From: an uncultured Planctomycetaceae bacterium | Lineage (GTDB): Bacteria; Planctomycetota; Planctomycetia; Planctomycetales; Planctomycetaceae | DNA length: 64,000 bases | Assembly (NCBI GenBank): GCA_963976765.1 | Contig: CAXBME010000002.1 | Coordinates: 186,001-250,000, forward strand | Direction: 5' to 3' | In this document: positions 10,478 to 20,084 of the stretch, piece by piece | Position numbering within the stretch: the stretch's first letter is position 1 | Layout of the letters: each line of letters opens with the position of its first letter | Notes under the pieces: model-generated | Seen by the model: the letters and a program-made list of their open reading frames with translations, nothing else | Database searches by the model: none | What the model was told of the DNA's origin: nothing | Translations under genes and position numbers: made by a program

Positions 10478-12517
10478 ATGTCCGATTCCGACCAGCGACC
10501 AGCGCAGACTCCAAAGCCCGGCAAAGATTCCAAAGGCAGCCAGTCGCGCAAGCCCGAGTCGCCCAATTCCAATCGCACGGTCCTCTACCTGTTGATCGTG
10601 GCGACGATTTTTCTGGTCTTCTCACCGCTGTTGTTTACGAATTCTGAAATCAAGACTCTAACACTCAGTGAGTTTGAAACAGGTCTTGCCGACGGCACCT
10701 TCAACAAGACCAACGTCCACAATCTGATGATTGGACGGACGGCAATCACGTTTCAGGATCAACCGCTGCCAGAACCTGAGGGGGCCGTTCCGGAAGTTGA
10801 ACCGAAAGGATTCCGGATCCCAATCGCCACCATCGGCGATACCTGGCAGGCCCAGATCAAGGAAGAGATCAAAAGTCACGGTATCAGTGTTTCGCCTGCC
10901 GAGGCTCCGTCTGACTGGCAGTCGTGGGCGTTGCTGATGATCATCGCAGCGCCGCTGATCCTGCTTCTGGTTCTGATGATTCGGCGAGTTGGTGGCGCGG
11001 GATCCGCGCTTTCCTTCGGCCGAAGTCGCGGCAAGGTTTACGCACAGGACGATCTCGACACGACGTTCGACGACGTCAAGGGAATCGACGAAGCCGTTGA
11101 AGAACTCAAAGAGGTCGTTGAGTTTCTCAAATCTCCTGGCAAGTACCAGGCCCTGGGTGGTCGTATCCCGAAAGGCGTCCTGCTCGTTGGCCCTCCAGGA
11201 ACAGGCAAGACGATGCTTGCCAAAGCGGTTGCTGGCGAAGCGGGCGTCCCTTTCGTCAGCCTGTCAGGTTCTGACTTTGTCGAGATGTTTGTCGGTGTGG
11301 GAGCTGCTCGCGTTCGAGACATGTTTCAGCAAGCCGCCCAACGTTCACCCTGCATCATTTTTATCGATGAACTCGACGCGCTCGGAAAGGCTCGCAACGC
11401 AGGCATGCCCGGCGGCAACGACGAACGTGAGCAGACACTGAATGCATTGCTCGTCGAGATGGACGGTTTCGGTTCAGACCAAAGCGTCATCGTCATGGGA
11501 GCGACGAACCGGATCGACGTGCTGGATCAGGCGCTGCTTCGTCCCGGCCGCTTCGATCGGCATGTGCTGGTCGATCGACCGGACATTAAAGGTCGCGAAG
11601 CGATCCTCAAAGTCCACATGACAAAGATCAAGATGGATGAGTCGGTCAATCTTCCCCGCATCGCCAAACTGACCGCGGGTTTCGTCGGCGCAGACCTCGC
11701 GAACCTCGTTAACGAGGCAGCCCTGCTGGCAGCTCGAAATGACAAGAAGTGCGTGACGCAGATCGAATTTGAAGAGGGCGTCGACCGTGTCGTCGCCGGG
11801 CTGGCAAAACAGACACGCATTATCGATGACGAAGAACGAGAGCGTACGGCGTATCACGAATGTGGCCACGCGCTGACTGCGTGCAGCCTTCCGAATGCCG
11901 ACCCTGTCCACAAGATTTCGATCATTCCGCGAGGCAGAACCCTGGGATTCATGATGCAGAGTCCCGACTCGGAACGTCACAACATGACGAAGTCAGCACT
12001 GCTGGCCGAGATCTGCGTGATGCTCGGCGGAACGGCGGCCGAACACGTGATCTACGATGAGCCATCTGTCGGCGCTCAGAACGATCTTCAGCGAGCAACT
12101 GACACTGCTCGCCGGATGGTCACTGAATGGGGCATGAGCGAAAAGATCGGCAAAGTCCATTACAGCGAGTCCCGTTCGTCGCCATTCCTGGGTGGACGCA
12201 CCGCCGAAGAGCCTGCTCATAGTGAAGAGACAATTCGCGAAATCGATCTCGAAGTGAAACGGATCATCGACGCCAGCTACGAACAGACGCTCGAGATCAT
12301 CCAGAGCCGCCGACAGGTTCTTGAGCAAATGACTCGAGAACTGATCGAAGTCGAAACAATGGACGCCGACCATCTCAAGAGGATTCTCGACGAGCATCAT
12401 CCAGGCGCGCAGATCGTGCCTGGTACGCATCCCAAAACCGGTTCGGCTGATTCGACGACCGATTCCGCTCCAGCGATCGACGACACCGATGTTGAGAACT
12501 CAGGGACAGACGACTGA
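10478..12517 (+). CDS. ftsH: ATP-dependent zinc metalloprotease FtsH
   Basis: Two TM segments, [15 protein letters not shown], second region of homology [15 protein letters not shown] zinc motif. Confidence 0.97.
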   Translation: MSDSDQRPAQTPKPGKDSKGSQSRKPESPNSNRTVLYLLIVATIFLVFSPLLFTNSEIKTLTLSEFETGLADGTFNKTNVHNLMIGRTAITFQDQPLPEPEGAVPEVEPKGFRIPIATIGDTWQAQIKEEIKSHGISVSPAEAPSDWQSWALLMIIAAPLILLLVLMIRRVGGAGSALSFGRSRGKVYAQDDLDTTFDDVKGIDEAVEELKEVVEFLKSPGKYQALGGRIPKGVLLVGPPGTGKTMLAKAVAGEAGVPFVSLSGSDFVEMFVGVGAARVRDMFQQAAQRSPCIIFIDELDALGKARNAGMPGGNDEREQTLNALLVEMDGFGSDQSVIVMGATNRIDVLDQALLRPGRFDRHVLVDRPDIKGREAILKVHMTKIKMDESVNLPRIAKLTAGFVGADLANLVNEAALLAARNDKKCVTQIEFEEGVDRVVAGLAKQTRIIDDEERERTAYHECGHALTACSLPNADPVHKISIIPRGRTLGFMMQSPDSERHNMTKSALLAEICVMLGGTAAEHVIYDEPSVGAQNDLQRATDTARRMVTEWGMSEKIGKVHYSESRSSPFLGGRTAEEPAHSEETIREIDLEVKRIIDASYEQTLEIIQSRRQVLEQMTRELIEVETMDADHLKRILDEHHPGAQIVPGTHPKTGSADSTTDSAPAIDDTDVENSGTDD

Positions 12518-12623
12518 CACCAGACGTCTTCCGACGCTGTCAGGCTCGTCGTGCCGCATAACGGCGCCGCGAGAATTAACGGCTCGCAGGACACACGCAG
12601 CTTCAGCGCTCGCTGGCAACCGT

Positions 12624-13025
12624 TTACGTACCGAAGACAATATCGATACCGGCATACAGGCAGCCGACTCCAAGTACGGTCACCGCAAGCGGGCCCGCCC
12701 AGACACCCATGAAGGAGTTGACCACCGCTTTTTCGGGAGCGGCAAGGGCGTAGATAACAGGCATGTTCTGCCCGATTTCGCCCGGCTGAATCGCGGAACC
12801 ATAGCCGTAGGTAAACAGGACTGGTTCGCCGCTGATTGTGTGAAACTCGATTCTTGCGTGGTAGTAGAGCCGCTTTTTATCGCCGACTGAACGCAGCTTC
12901 TGGTCAAAGCCAACGATCCTGCCCTGGGTGCGTTCTCCGGTCATCAGAAGCCACACAAGCTTGAGGGTGCTCCAGACGGCAAAGAGAGAAATCATCGCTC
13001 CTATGAAGAGGAAGTAGTATCCCAT
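12624..13025 (-). CDS. Small membrane protein, DUF3592-like
   Basis: N- and C-terminal TM helices flanking a beta-rich segment (G.IVG...YHARIEF...G..MPVIY....PEKA). Confidence 0.65.
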   Translation of the reverse strand: MGYYFLFIGAMISLFAVWSTLKLVWLLMTGERTQGRIVGFDQKLRSVGDKKRLYYHARIEFHTISGEPVLFTYGYGSAIQPGEIGQNMPVIYALAAPEKAVVNSFMGVWAGPLAVTVLGVGCLYAGIDIVFGT

Positions 13026-13063
13026 GACTGGGTGCCCAGCGTTGTTTGCCCGGGAAGGACTAA

Positions 13064-14194
13064 CTAAATCAGGATGTCAGCAACTTCCTGATGCGTCAGC
13101 ATGTTCATGACGAGCGGCTGTGAAAGGTCTGCCTGAGACTGCTGCCAGGTGGCTAGTAAGCCGGTCTTCGTTGAAACGACATCCACATATCGACTGCAGC
13201 CCGTACCGAAAGGGCTGACAAACTGCGGGAGATATTTCGACAACCGCTCGATGTGATCGAAACTGCCGTTCTGAATGTACGCCACGCCGCCGAGTTCTTC
13301 GCACGAGTAGCCTCGCGGTCGTTTAACGGCTGTCGAGTGTTCATCCAGATCCCGCAACGATTCGCCGCCGTCGTAGAAGAACAGGCTCGCGTCGACATTG
13401 GCGAACGCTCCAACTTTCGGAACGTCCAGTACGCAGGTGCCGCGCGTCATGGCGACGTCCCATGTCGTTCCCCGAGGAAAGAAGTCGTACTCCGTTTTTC
13501 CGAACAGCGGCGTCTGATTGACATTGCTGGCAGAGTCGGCGCTGGCTGATCGGTAGCCCGTGTTGGAACTGGACCAGCTGAACGGGTGGCTGCAGAACAG
13601 CAGGTTCAGGTTTCCGCCCGCCCGTTCATAGAGAAACGGATCTTTGATATGCAGCCATCTTAGATCGGAACACTCGGCGACGGTTACGAGTGACGCCTGC
13701 CTCAAGCCGTCAAGAGTTGAGGCCGCGAGACGTTCGATCGTCCAGACGCCGGTGCCGGGCTTGAGGAAACCTTCATAACCTTCCGGGTATCCGATGCCGT
13801 CTTTTTCAGTGGAGACGTAAAGCTCGTAACCATTCGTTGTTCGTCGCAACGCGCTGCCTTCAATGGACAGAACGGTTCGGTCACCGACGTTGAGATCCGG
13901 TTTTGAAAAGCTGACCGTCTTCTCCCAGTTCTCTCCACCATCGGTCGACGTGAAGATCGCCAGTTCCAGGCCACGTTCGCCGGCAGCGACTCCCGTCCGC
14001 GAGTCTCCATGATTGCGGTAACGCCCCACGACATGCAGCTCACCGCTGACGTCTTCAATCGTATTGCCGCCTCCGAACCAGAATCCGGTCGATGCTTGCT
14101 GAGCCGGAACGATCGTGCGAGCTCGTTCCTGATCAATCAGAGCGTTCGCGAGATTTGAGAGTCGTTCTTCCAGTGTGGAGTCCAGCGTAGACAT
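13064..14194 (-). CDS. Sialidase/BNR-like beta-propeller protein
   Basis: 376-aa ORF with Asp-box STDGGENW, KDPF motif and RYVD; no signal peptide. Confidence 0.6.
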   Translation of the reverse strand: MSTLDSTLEERLSNLANALIDQERARTIVPAQQASTGFWFGGGNTIEDVSGELHVVGRYRNHGDSRTGVAAGERGLELAIFTSTDGGENWEKTVSFSKPDLNVGDRTVLSIEGSALRRTTNGYELYVSTEKDGIGYPEGYEGFLKPGTGVWTIERLAASTLDGLRQASLVTVAECSDLRWLHIKDPFLYERAGGNLNLLFCSHPFSWSSSNTGYRSASADSASNVNQTPLFGKTEYDFFPRGTTWDVAMTRGTCVLDVPKVGAFANVDASLFFYDGGESLRDLDEHSTAVKRPRGYSCEELGGVAYIQNGSFDHIERLSKYLPQFVSPFGTGCSRYVDVVSTKTGLLATWQQSQADLSQPLVMNMLTHQEVADILI

Positions 14195-14531
14195 GCGAAG
14201 TTATTCCCTGAGCAGGTGTCAGAATTCATTCAGAATAATTCAGTCGCCAGCGGTGAGTCCCGGCAGCCGAATTCAAGGCGCAAGTATCAGATGTATCCTG
14301 TTCCGATTATGACGGACATCGTTGCCGCAACTGTGTTTTGTGGGGCTGACGCTTCTTTACGGAGCGACAAGGCACTCGTATCATGCTGGCTTGAAACAAC
14401 CCGTCAATTCGACACAACCGGCGGGTTACGCCGAGCGGCGACATTCGGCGGCAAGGTAACTGCCAGGGCTCTGGAGAAACAGATATCGAGTAGTTGCGAT
14501 TTAAGCGGGCACAAAAACATGCGGGCAAAAC

Positions 14532-15536
14532 ATGTCAAAAACACGAACGAGGGCTGCGAAAGACGCGAGTAAGCGATCCCGTAATCCCCTCAGCAGGAAA
14601 GTTTCCAACCGGGAAGCGGTCTGGCTGAACGGTCCGGTTCCAACTGGCTACTGGACAATTCCTGAGAACCAGCGTCTGTATCTGATCTGGCTGGGGCAAC
14701 GGCTTGGTTATCGAAAGATTGATGACTACTACCGGATCAGAACAAGTGATTTCAAAGAGAATCGAGGCAGCGGCGCACTTCTGCACTGCTGGGGAAGTTC
14801 AGCTGTCGCTGCGGTGATGGGAACTTTTCCCGACTATGACTGGCACGAATGGTTGTTTGTATCATGTCCCCGTTCGTTCTGGGCGGATCGAGCAAACCAT
14901 CGCCGCTACATGAAGTGGCTCGCCGAACAGTGCAACATCAACGAGCCGGACGACTGGTACGGGATTACCAACCGAGACTTTCGTAGGCACAAAGGAGGAG
15001 CGTTTCTTCTCCACTACGACAGCACAATTTCCGAAGCTGTGAAGTCTTACCAGCCAAAACGAAACTGGAACGAATGGCAGTTCGGCAAGACTCCAAAAGG
15101 TTTCTGGGAAGACCGCAAAAACCGCATTCGATACATGAAGTGGCTTGGGAAGCGACTGGGGTGTAAGAAGCTGGATGATTGGTACGGAGTCACTCGCAAA
15201 GATTTTGAGCACCACTTCGGCAACCAGTTGATGAAACACTATAATGGCTCCCCGCTCGCCGCCGCGATGGACTGCTTTTCGAATCACAACTGGCTCGAAT
15301 GGAAGTTTGCTCGTGTTCCGGCTGGCTTCTGGAAGAAGAAGACAAACCGAGAACGGTATCTCGACTGGCTGGAAAAAAAGCTGAAGATTCGCAAGCCTGA
15401 AGATTGGGGCCGGGTCCGCAGGGCAGACCTGAAAGACAACTACGGCGGCGGACTTCTGGCGATGTTCCGATCGATCGAAACGCTACTCCGGCAGTCAGGC
15501 CGTACGAAAGCAGTCACGAGTGGTTCCCGCCGTTGA
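14532..15536 (+). CDS. Basic Trp-rich tandem-repeat protein of unknown function
   Basis: Four ~75-aa repeats: P.G(F/Y)W....N...Y..WL...L.....DDWY.(V/I)...DF....G...L..Y.......F....W.EW.F. Confidence 0.8.
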   Translation: MSKTRTRAAKDASKRSRNPLSRKVSNREAVWLNGPVPTGYWTIPENQRLYLIWLGQRLGYRKIDDYYRIRTSDFKENRGSGALLHCWGSSAVAAVMGTFPDYDWHEWLFVSCPRSFWADRANHRRYMKWLAEQCNINEPDDWYGITNRDFRRHKGGAFLLHYDSTISEAVKSYQPKRNWNEWQFGKTPKGFWEDRKNRIRYMKWLGKRLGCKKLDDWYGVTRKDFEHHFGNQLMKHYNGSPLAAAMDCFSNHNWLEWKFARVPAGFWKKKTNRERYLDWLEKKLKIRKPEDWGRVRRADLKDNYGGGLLAMFRSIETLLRQSGRTKAVTSGSRR

Positions 15537-17118
15537 AGAGTTGCAAACTGTCCCGTCACCAGCCGACGCGTTACAGGCGTTTGCTGGTTCGGAAGGTTTG
15601 ATTCTCTTTGACAGCGCGCTGCAACGTGGACGCCTTGGGCGCTACTCGTTTCTGGCGGCGGACCCGATCGCTTCGTTCAACGTCGAGCGAGCTGTATTTT
15701 CGAGCGATCCATTTAATGCCGTGCGGTCGACAGTCGCTCACCTGAATGACCAGTTTCGGTTGAACCGTCTGCCTGATCTGCCTCCATTTCAAGGCGGAGT
15801 CGCTGGCATGCTTTCGTACGAGCTTGGCGCCTGCTGGGAACGGACCCCGCGCACCGGCAAGGACGAATTCGAATTGCCGGATGCCTGGTTCGGAATTTAC
15901 GACTGGGTCGTTGCATGGGACCATGAGGAAGGTCGAGCATGGGTGATTTCACACGGCTTACCAAAGATCGCGGATCGGATTGCCGACGATTCTGAACGTC
16001 TGACTGGCAACGTCGATCAGAAACTCTGCCAGGACCGGGCTGCGGCACGAATTCGAGACGTCGTCGCCAGACTGAATGCGGCTGGGGATGAACGGGCGGT
16101 TGATGACCAGCGGCAGCTCTGCGAGCCGTTGCCGGAATCTGAACTTGCAAAGCAGCATCCGCTGCCTGGCTGGGACGGCGTCACTTCCGACTTCACTCGT
16201 GAAGAATATCTGTCAGCCGTCGAGCAGGTCATTGAGTACATCCGCGCGGGCGACATCTTTCAGGCCAACCTGTCACAACGCCTGATGGCTCGCTGTGACG
16301 TACCACCGACCGAACTTTACTCAACGCTGCGAGACTGTAACTCGGCGCCATTTGCAGGCTTCCTTGCTCACAACGACTGGGCAATCGTTTCCGCGTCTCC
16401 GGAACGGTTCCTGCGAGTTGAGAACGGCATTGTCGAAACGCGACCGATCAAAGGCACCCGGCAGCGGAGAACTGGGCCGGAAGCAGACCTCTTCACCCGT
16501 GACGAGTTGCGACAGAGTGAGAAAGACGTCGCCGAGAATGTGATGATCGTCGACCTGCTCCGTAACGACCTTTCACGAGTATGTGAGCCGGGTTCAATTT
16601 CCGTGCCGGAACTCTGCGTCGTCGAGACTTACGAAACGGTGCAGCACCTGGTCTCTGAAGTTCGAGGAACGTTAAAAGGGATGAAGGAGTTCCAGGTTCC
16701 GGGTTCCAGGTTCCAGGTTGACGGTGCAAACGATTCGCAACCGCAATCCGAATCTTTGAACAGGGAACATCGGCCGGAACAGTGCGACATCTGGTCGTTG
16801 CTGGCCGCCTCGTTTCCTGGAGGGTCGATCACCGGCGCACCGAAAGTGCGGGCAATGGAGATCATCTCAGAACTCGAGCCGACGGTTCGCGGCCCCTACT
16901 GCGGAAGCCTGTTTTATTCAGCATTTGACGGCACAACCGACAGCAGTATTCTCATTCGCTCGTTCGTATGGCGGCGAGGCTGGGTCCAGTGCCGAGTTGG
17001 CGGCGGGATCGTCGCTCAGTCAAACCCGACGGCTGAGTACGAAGAAACATTGCACAAAGCGGAAGGGATGCTGCGAGCACTCCAACGCTCCGGCATGTGC
17101 CAGCAAACCAGTAAATAG
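15520..17118 (+). CDS. pabB: Aminodeoxychorismate synthase component I (anthranilate synthase I family)
   Basis: PPFQGG..G.LSYE, GDIFQANLSQ, SASPERF, PIKGT, ENVMIVDLLRNDL, FPGGSITGAPK, GGGIV. Confidence 0.9.
   Translation: MVPAVEELQTVPSPADALQAFAGSEGLILFDSALQRGRLGRYSFLAADPIASFNVERAVFSSDPFNAVRSTVAHLNDQFRLNRLPDLPPFQGGVAGMLSYELGACWERTPRTGKDEFELPDAWFGIYDWVVAWDHEEGRAWVISHGLPKIADRIADDSERLTGNVDQKLCQDRAAARIRDVVARLNAAGDERAVDDQRQLCEPLPESELAKQHPLPGWDGVTSDFTREEYLSAVEQVIEYIRAGDIFQANLSQRLMARCDVPPTELYSTLRDCNSAPFAGFLAHNDWAIVSASPERFLRVENGIVETRPIKGTRQRRTGPEADLFTRDELRQSEKDVAENVMIVDLLRNDLSRVCEPGSISVPELCVVETYETVQHLVSEVRGTLKGMKEFQVPGSRFQVDGANDSQPQSESLNREHRPEQCDIWSLLAASFPGGSITGAPKVRAMEIISELEPTVRGPYCGSLFYSAFDGTTDSSILIRSFVWRRGWVQCRVGGGIVAQSNPTAEYEETLHKAEGMLRALQRSGMCQQTSK
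16690..16717 (+). repeat. Heptamer tandem repeat TTCC(A/G)GG x4 inside pabB
   Basis: TTCCAGG TTCCGGG TTCCAGG TTCCAGG. Confidence 0.85.
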
Positions 17119-17140
17119 CCACTCCAAAATCGGCGGCTGC

Positions 17141-17839
17141 ATGATCCTGCTGATCGACAATTATGACAGCTTTGTTTTTAACCTCGCCCGCTACGTCACC
17201 GAACTGGGCGTTGAGGCTGAGGTCGTTCGCAACGATGCGGTCTCGATGTGTGACGTGATCGAGTCGAAGCCCGAGGCGATTATCCTTTCACCTGGACCGT
17301 GCACGCCTTCGGAAGCGGGCATCTGCGTCGAACTTGTCCGCGAAGTCTCCGGCAGGATTCCGCTGCTTGGAGTTTGCCTTGGTCACCAGGCAATTGCGGC
17401 GGCTTTCGGAGCCGGCATCGTAAGAGCACCTGAACCGGTTCATGGACGAACGTCGCAGATTACTCACGATGCGACACGGTTATTCGAAGGGCTTCCGAAT
17501 CCGCTTCGTGTCACGCGGTACCACTCGCTGATTGCCGATGAAAAGTCGTTGCCAGATGAGTTGAAAGTGACTTCTCGAACTGACGACGGGCTGGTCATGG
17601 CGATTGAACATCGCCAGCACCCGACGTTCGGAGTCCAGTTTCACCCTGAGTCCATTCTTACTCAGATGGGTCATGCTCTGATGAGAAACTTTCTGATGCT
17701 GGCGGGCATCGAAGCATCAGAATCACCGGTTGGCGATTCGCTGGGTGAGATCGGGATCCGGGCTGAAGCAGCCACGAGACTGGAATCCGGCGTTGAGCAG
17801 CCGTGGGACCATAATCCCGACAAACCGCTTCACTGGTAA
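17141..17839 (+). CDS. pabA: Glutamine amidotransferase component II (PabA/TrpG)
   Basis: MILLIDNYDSF, LSPGP, GVCLGHQ, RYHSL, GVQFHPES. Confidence 0.93.
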   Translation: MILLIDNYDSFVFNLARYVTELGVEAEVVRNDAVSMCDVIESKPEAIILSPGPCTPSEAGICVELVREVSGRIPLLGVCLGHQAIAAAFGAGIVRAPEPVHGRTSQITHDATRLFEGLPNPLRVTRYHSLIADEKSLPDELKVTSRTDDGLVMAIEHRQHPTFGVQFHPESILTQMGHALMRNFLMLAGIEASESPVGDSLGEIGIRAEAATRLESGVEQPWDHNPDKPLHW

Positions 17840-18004
17840 TTCAGGACGGCCTCGCTATCGACCATCGAGAGCAATTTCTTCGCCGATTGTTGGGACGAAC
17901 CAGCGACCGTACAATGTTGCCCCTCGCTGGCGAAGTGCGAAACAGCCGTCGTCAATTCGCTGCCAGGGCAAGGCGACAACACGGAGATTGTCAATCAATG
18001 GGCA

Positions 18005-18787
18005 GTGTCAGAACAGAAATCCACAGAACACTCAATGTCAGAATTCACTGAAACCTCAGTCTGGACTTCGCAAGGCCGGGCATCGGCATCGCTGGAGGTC
18101 TACCTGTTGGGAGTCGTGGATTTCGACGCAGCGATGGCTCTTCAGGAACGCCTCGTCAATGAAGTTACTGGACGTTCAGATCGACAGGGAATGTTGATTA
18201 TCTGCGAGCATCCGCCGGTTGTAACGATTGGTCGCGAAGGCCGAATCACCGACCTGCCGCTGGACACGCGAGACTTCACGTCGCGCATGATGGAAATTCG
18301 CCGAGTAGACCGTAGCGGCGGAACGCTGGTCCATGCGCCGGGGCAAATCGCTGCTTATCCAATTCTTCCATTGGACAGAATCGGCTGCAGTCTTGTCGAC
18401 TTCCAAAACCGACTTCAAAAGGCGACGGTGGCAACCGCCGCCGAACTTCGAGTTCCCTCACAGTTAACGCAGACCCCTTACGGAACGGCGTGTCGCTGCG
18501 GTCAGTTTTCCTGGGTCGGTGCGTCCGTGCGGGACGGAGTCGCTCATCATGGCCTGTTCATGAATGTGTCGCCGGTTCTGGATACAGTTCGTCTCGTTCG
18601 ATCGACCGCAGACCGCGTTAAGATCTCGTCGTTATCGATGCAACGGATGGAACCCGTGCCAATGCACAAGGTTCGAGAGGCGTTGATGAGGCACATCGCC
18701 GACCAGTTCAGCTACGAAGAAACAAACCCCTACACCGGCCACTCCATGCTTAAGCGAACGTGGCGAAAGGTGATGCAGCATGCTTGA
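18005..18787 (+). CDS. lipB: LipB-like octanoyltransferase-fold protein (divergent)
   Basis: YLLG.VDF..A..LQ, CEHPPVVTIGR, DR.GG..VH.PGQ..AYPI, HGL.MNV; overlaps the lipA start. The start may be 18035. Confidence 0.8.
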   Translation: MSEQKSTEHSMSEFTETSVWTSQGRASASLEVYLLGVVDFDAAMALQERLVNEVTGRSDRQGMLIICEHPPVVTIGREGRITDLPLDTRDFTSRMMEIRRVDRSGGTLVHAPGQIAAYPILPLDRIGCSLVDFQNRLQKATVATAAELRVPSQLTQTPYGTACRCGQFSWVGASVRDGVAHHGLFMNVSPVLDTVRLVRSTADRVKISSLSMQRMEPVPMHKVREALMRHIADQFSYEETNPYTGHSMLKRTWRKVMQHA

Positions 18788-19745
18788 CAGTCCTGAATTC
18801 AATCTTTCACTGCCCGTCGTATCGGACACTTTTTCGAGCGATCCGTCAGTTTCAGATTCGGTAACCGCTGCTCCACGTGAAAAGCGTCGATTACCGAGAT
18901 GGCTGAAGCGACCACTCCCGCAACCTGGCATGTACTACACCGACAGTGTCATCCAGGACTTGAAACTGGAGACCGTCTGCGAAAGCGCTAAATGCCCTAA
19001 CCGAACCGAGTGCTGGTCCCAGCAAACGGCGACGTTCATGATCCTCGGCAATGTCTGCACTCGGCCTTGCGGATTCTGCTCGGTTCCGAAAGGGAAGACT
19101 GAGATCGTCCAACTCGACGAACCGGAGCGAGTCGCCGAAGCTGCGGAACGACTTGGACTGAAGTACGTCGTCATCACGTCCGTCACCCGTGACGACATGG
19201 CCGATGGCGGTGCCGACCACTTCTACAACTGCGTACTGGCTGTCCGCGAGCGAACCGGGGCGAAAGTCGAAGTCCTCACGCCGGACTTCATGGGCAACCG
19301 CGACGCAATCAGCCGCGTGATCGAATCTCGACCGGACGTCTTCAACCATAATACGGAAACGGTCCCGCGACTGTACCACCGGGTCAGGCGAAACGCCGAG
19401 TATCAGAGGACGCTCAACCTGCTGGCTCAGATCAAAGAAGAAGCGCCCGACATGCCCACCAAGAGTGGCATCATGCTTGGGCTCGGTGAAACGATCGAAG
19501 AAGTCATGGATGTCTGCGCAGACCTGCGGTCCGTCGGCTGCGACATGATCACCATCGGCCAGTACCTTCAACCGTCAGGTGTGCATCTTCCTGTCGAGCG
19601 TTACCTTCCGCCGGAAGAGTTCGATGAAATCGGCGAACGAGTCCGAGCACTCGGCTTCACGATGGTCGCCAGCGGCCCGTTCGTCCGATCCAGCTACCAC
19701 GCCGGCGAAATGGCATCCGAACACGAACACACGTCGATTTCGTAG
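18780..19745 (+). CDS. lipA: Lipoyl synthase
   Basis: CESAKCPNRTEC and CTRPCGFC cluster motifs, VITSVTRDD, FNHNTET, GPFVRSSY. Confidence 0.97.
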   Translation: MLDSPEFNLSLPVVSDTFSSDPSVSDSVTAAPREKRRLPRWLKRPLPQPGMYYTDSVIQDLKLETVCESAKCPNRTECWSQQTATFMILGNVCTRPCGFCSVPKGKTEIVQLDEPERVAEAAERLGLKYVVITSVTRDDMADGGADHFYNCVLAVRERTGAKVEVLTPDFMGNRDAISRVIESRPDVFNHNTETVPRLYHRVRRNAEYQRTLNLLAQIKEEAPDMPTKSGIMLGLGETIEEVMDVCADLRSVGCDMITIGQYLQPSGVHLPVERYLPPEEFDEIGERVRALGFTMVASGPFVRSSYHAGEMASEHEHTSIS

Positions 19746-19762
19746 GTCAGGCTCCGCCTGAC
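19742..19762 (+). repeat. GTAG-type REP-like palindrome overlapping the lipA stop
   Basis: GTAG-GTCAGGC-TCC-GCCTGAC. Confidence 0.6.
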
Positions 19763-19951
19763 GAATTCAACGTAAAACCGACGCCAATGTGAATCTCCAC
19801 CGCGGCGGCAGCCCGATTTCGATCACAAACTTCAATCACAATCATGGTGTCGCCGCTTCCGTGGCACGGTCTTGAGATCCACTCCAGTTATTCCATCCGG
19901 AGCAACCGAACTTCCGTGTCGAACAAGCCTTCAAAAAAGCTGCCTCACGAC

Positions 19952-19980
19952 TTGTTCGGACATTCGCCAGTCTTTATTCT
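19952..19980 (+). promoter_or_regulatory. Putative sigma70 promoter of tRNA-Leu
   Basis: TTGTTC-N17-TATTCT followed by a GC-rich discriminator, ~18 nt upstream of the tRNA. Confidence 0.55.
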
Positions 19981-19998
19981 GCCGCCTCGCAACAGCGA

Positions 19999-20084
19999 GC
20001 CCAAGTGGCGGAATTGGCAGACGCGCTAGGTTCAGGTCCTAGTGGGATTCAACTCCCGTGGAGGTTCAAGTCCTCTCTTGGGTA
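19999..20084 (+). tRNA. tRNA-Leu (anticodon CAG)
   Basis: Acceptor GCCCAAG/CTTGGGT+A, D-arm TGGCGGAATTGGCAGACGC, anticodon arm CTAGG-TTCAGGT-CCTAG, long variable arm, T-arm GGAGG-TTCAAGT-CCTCT; CCA not encoded. Confidence 0.96.

Noticed and set aside
16925..17140. Apparent N-terminal extension of pabA, possible pabB-pabA frameshift fusion
   Set aside because: The canonical MILLIDNYDSF start at 17141 follows the pabB stop at 17118; no slippery site is evident.
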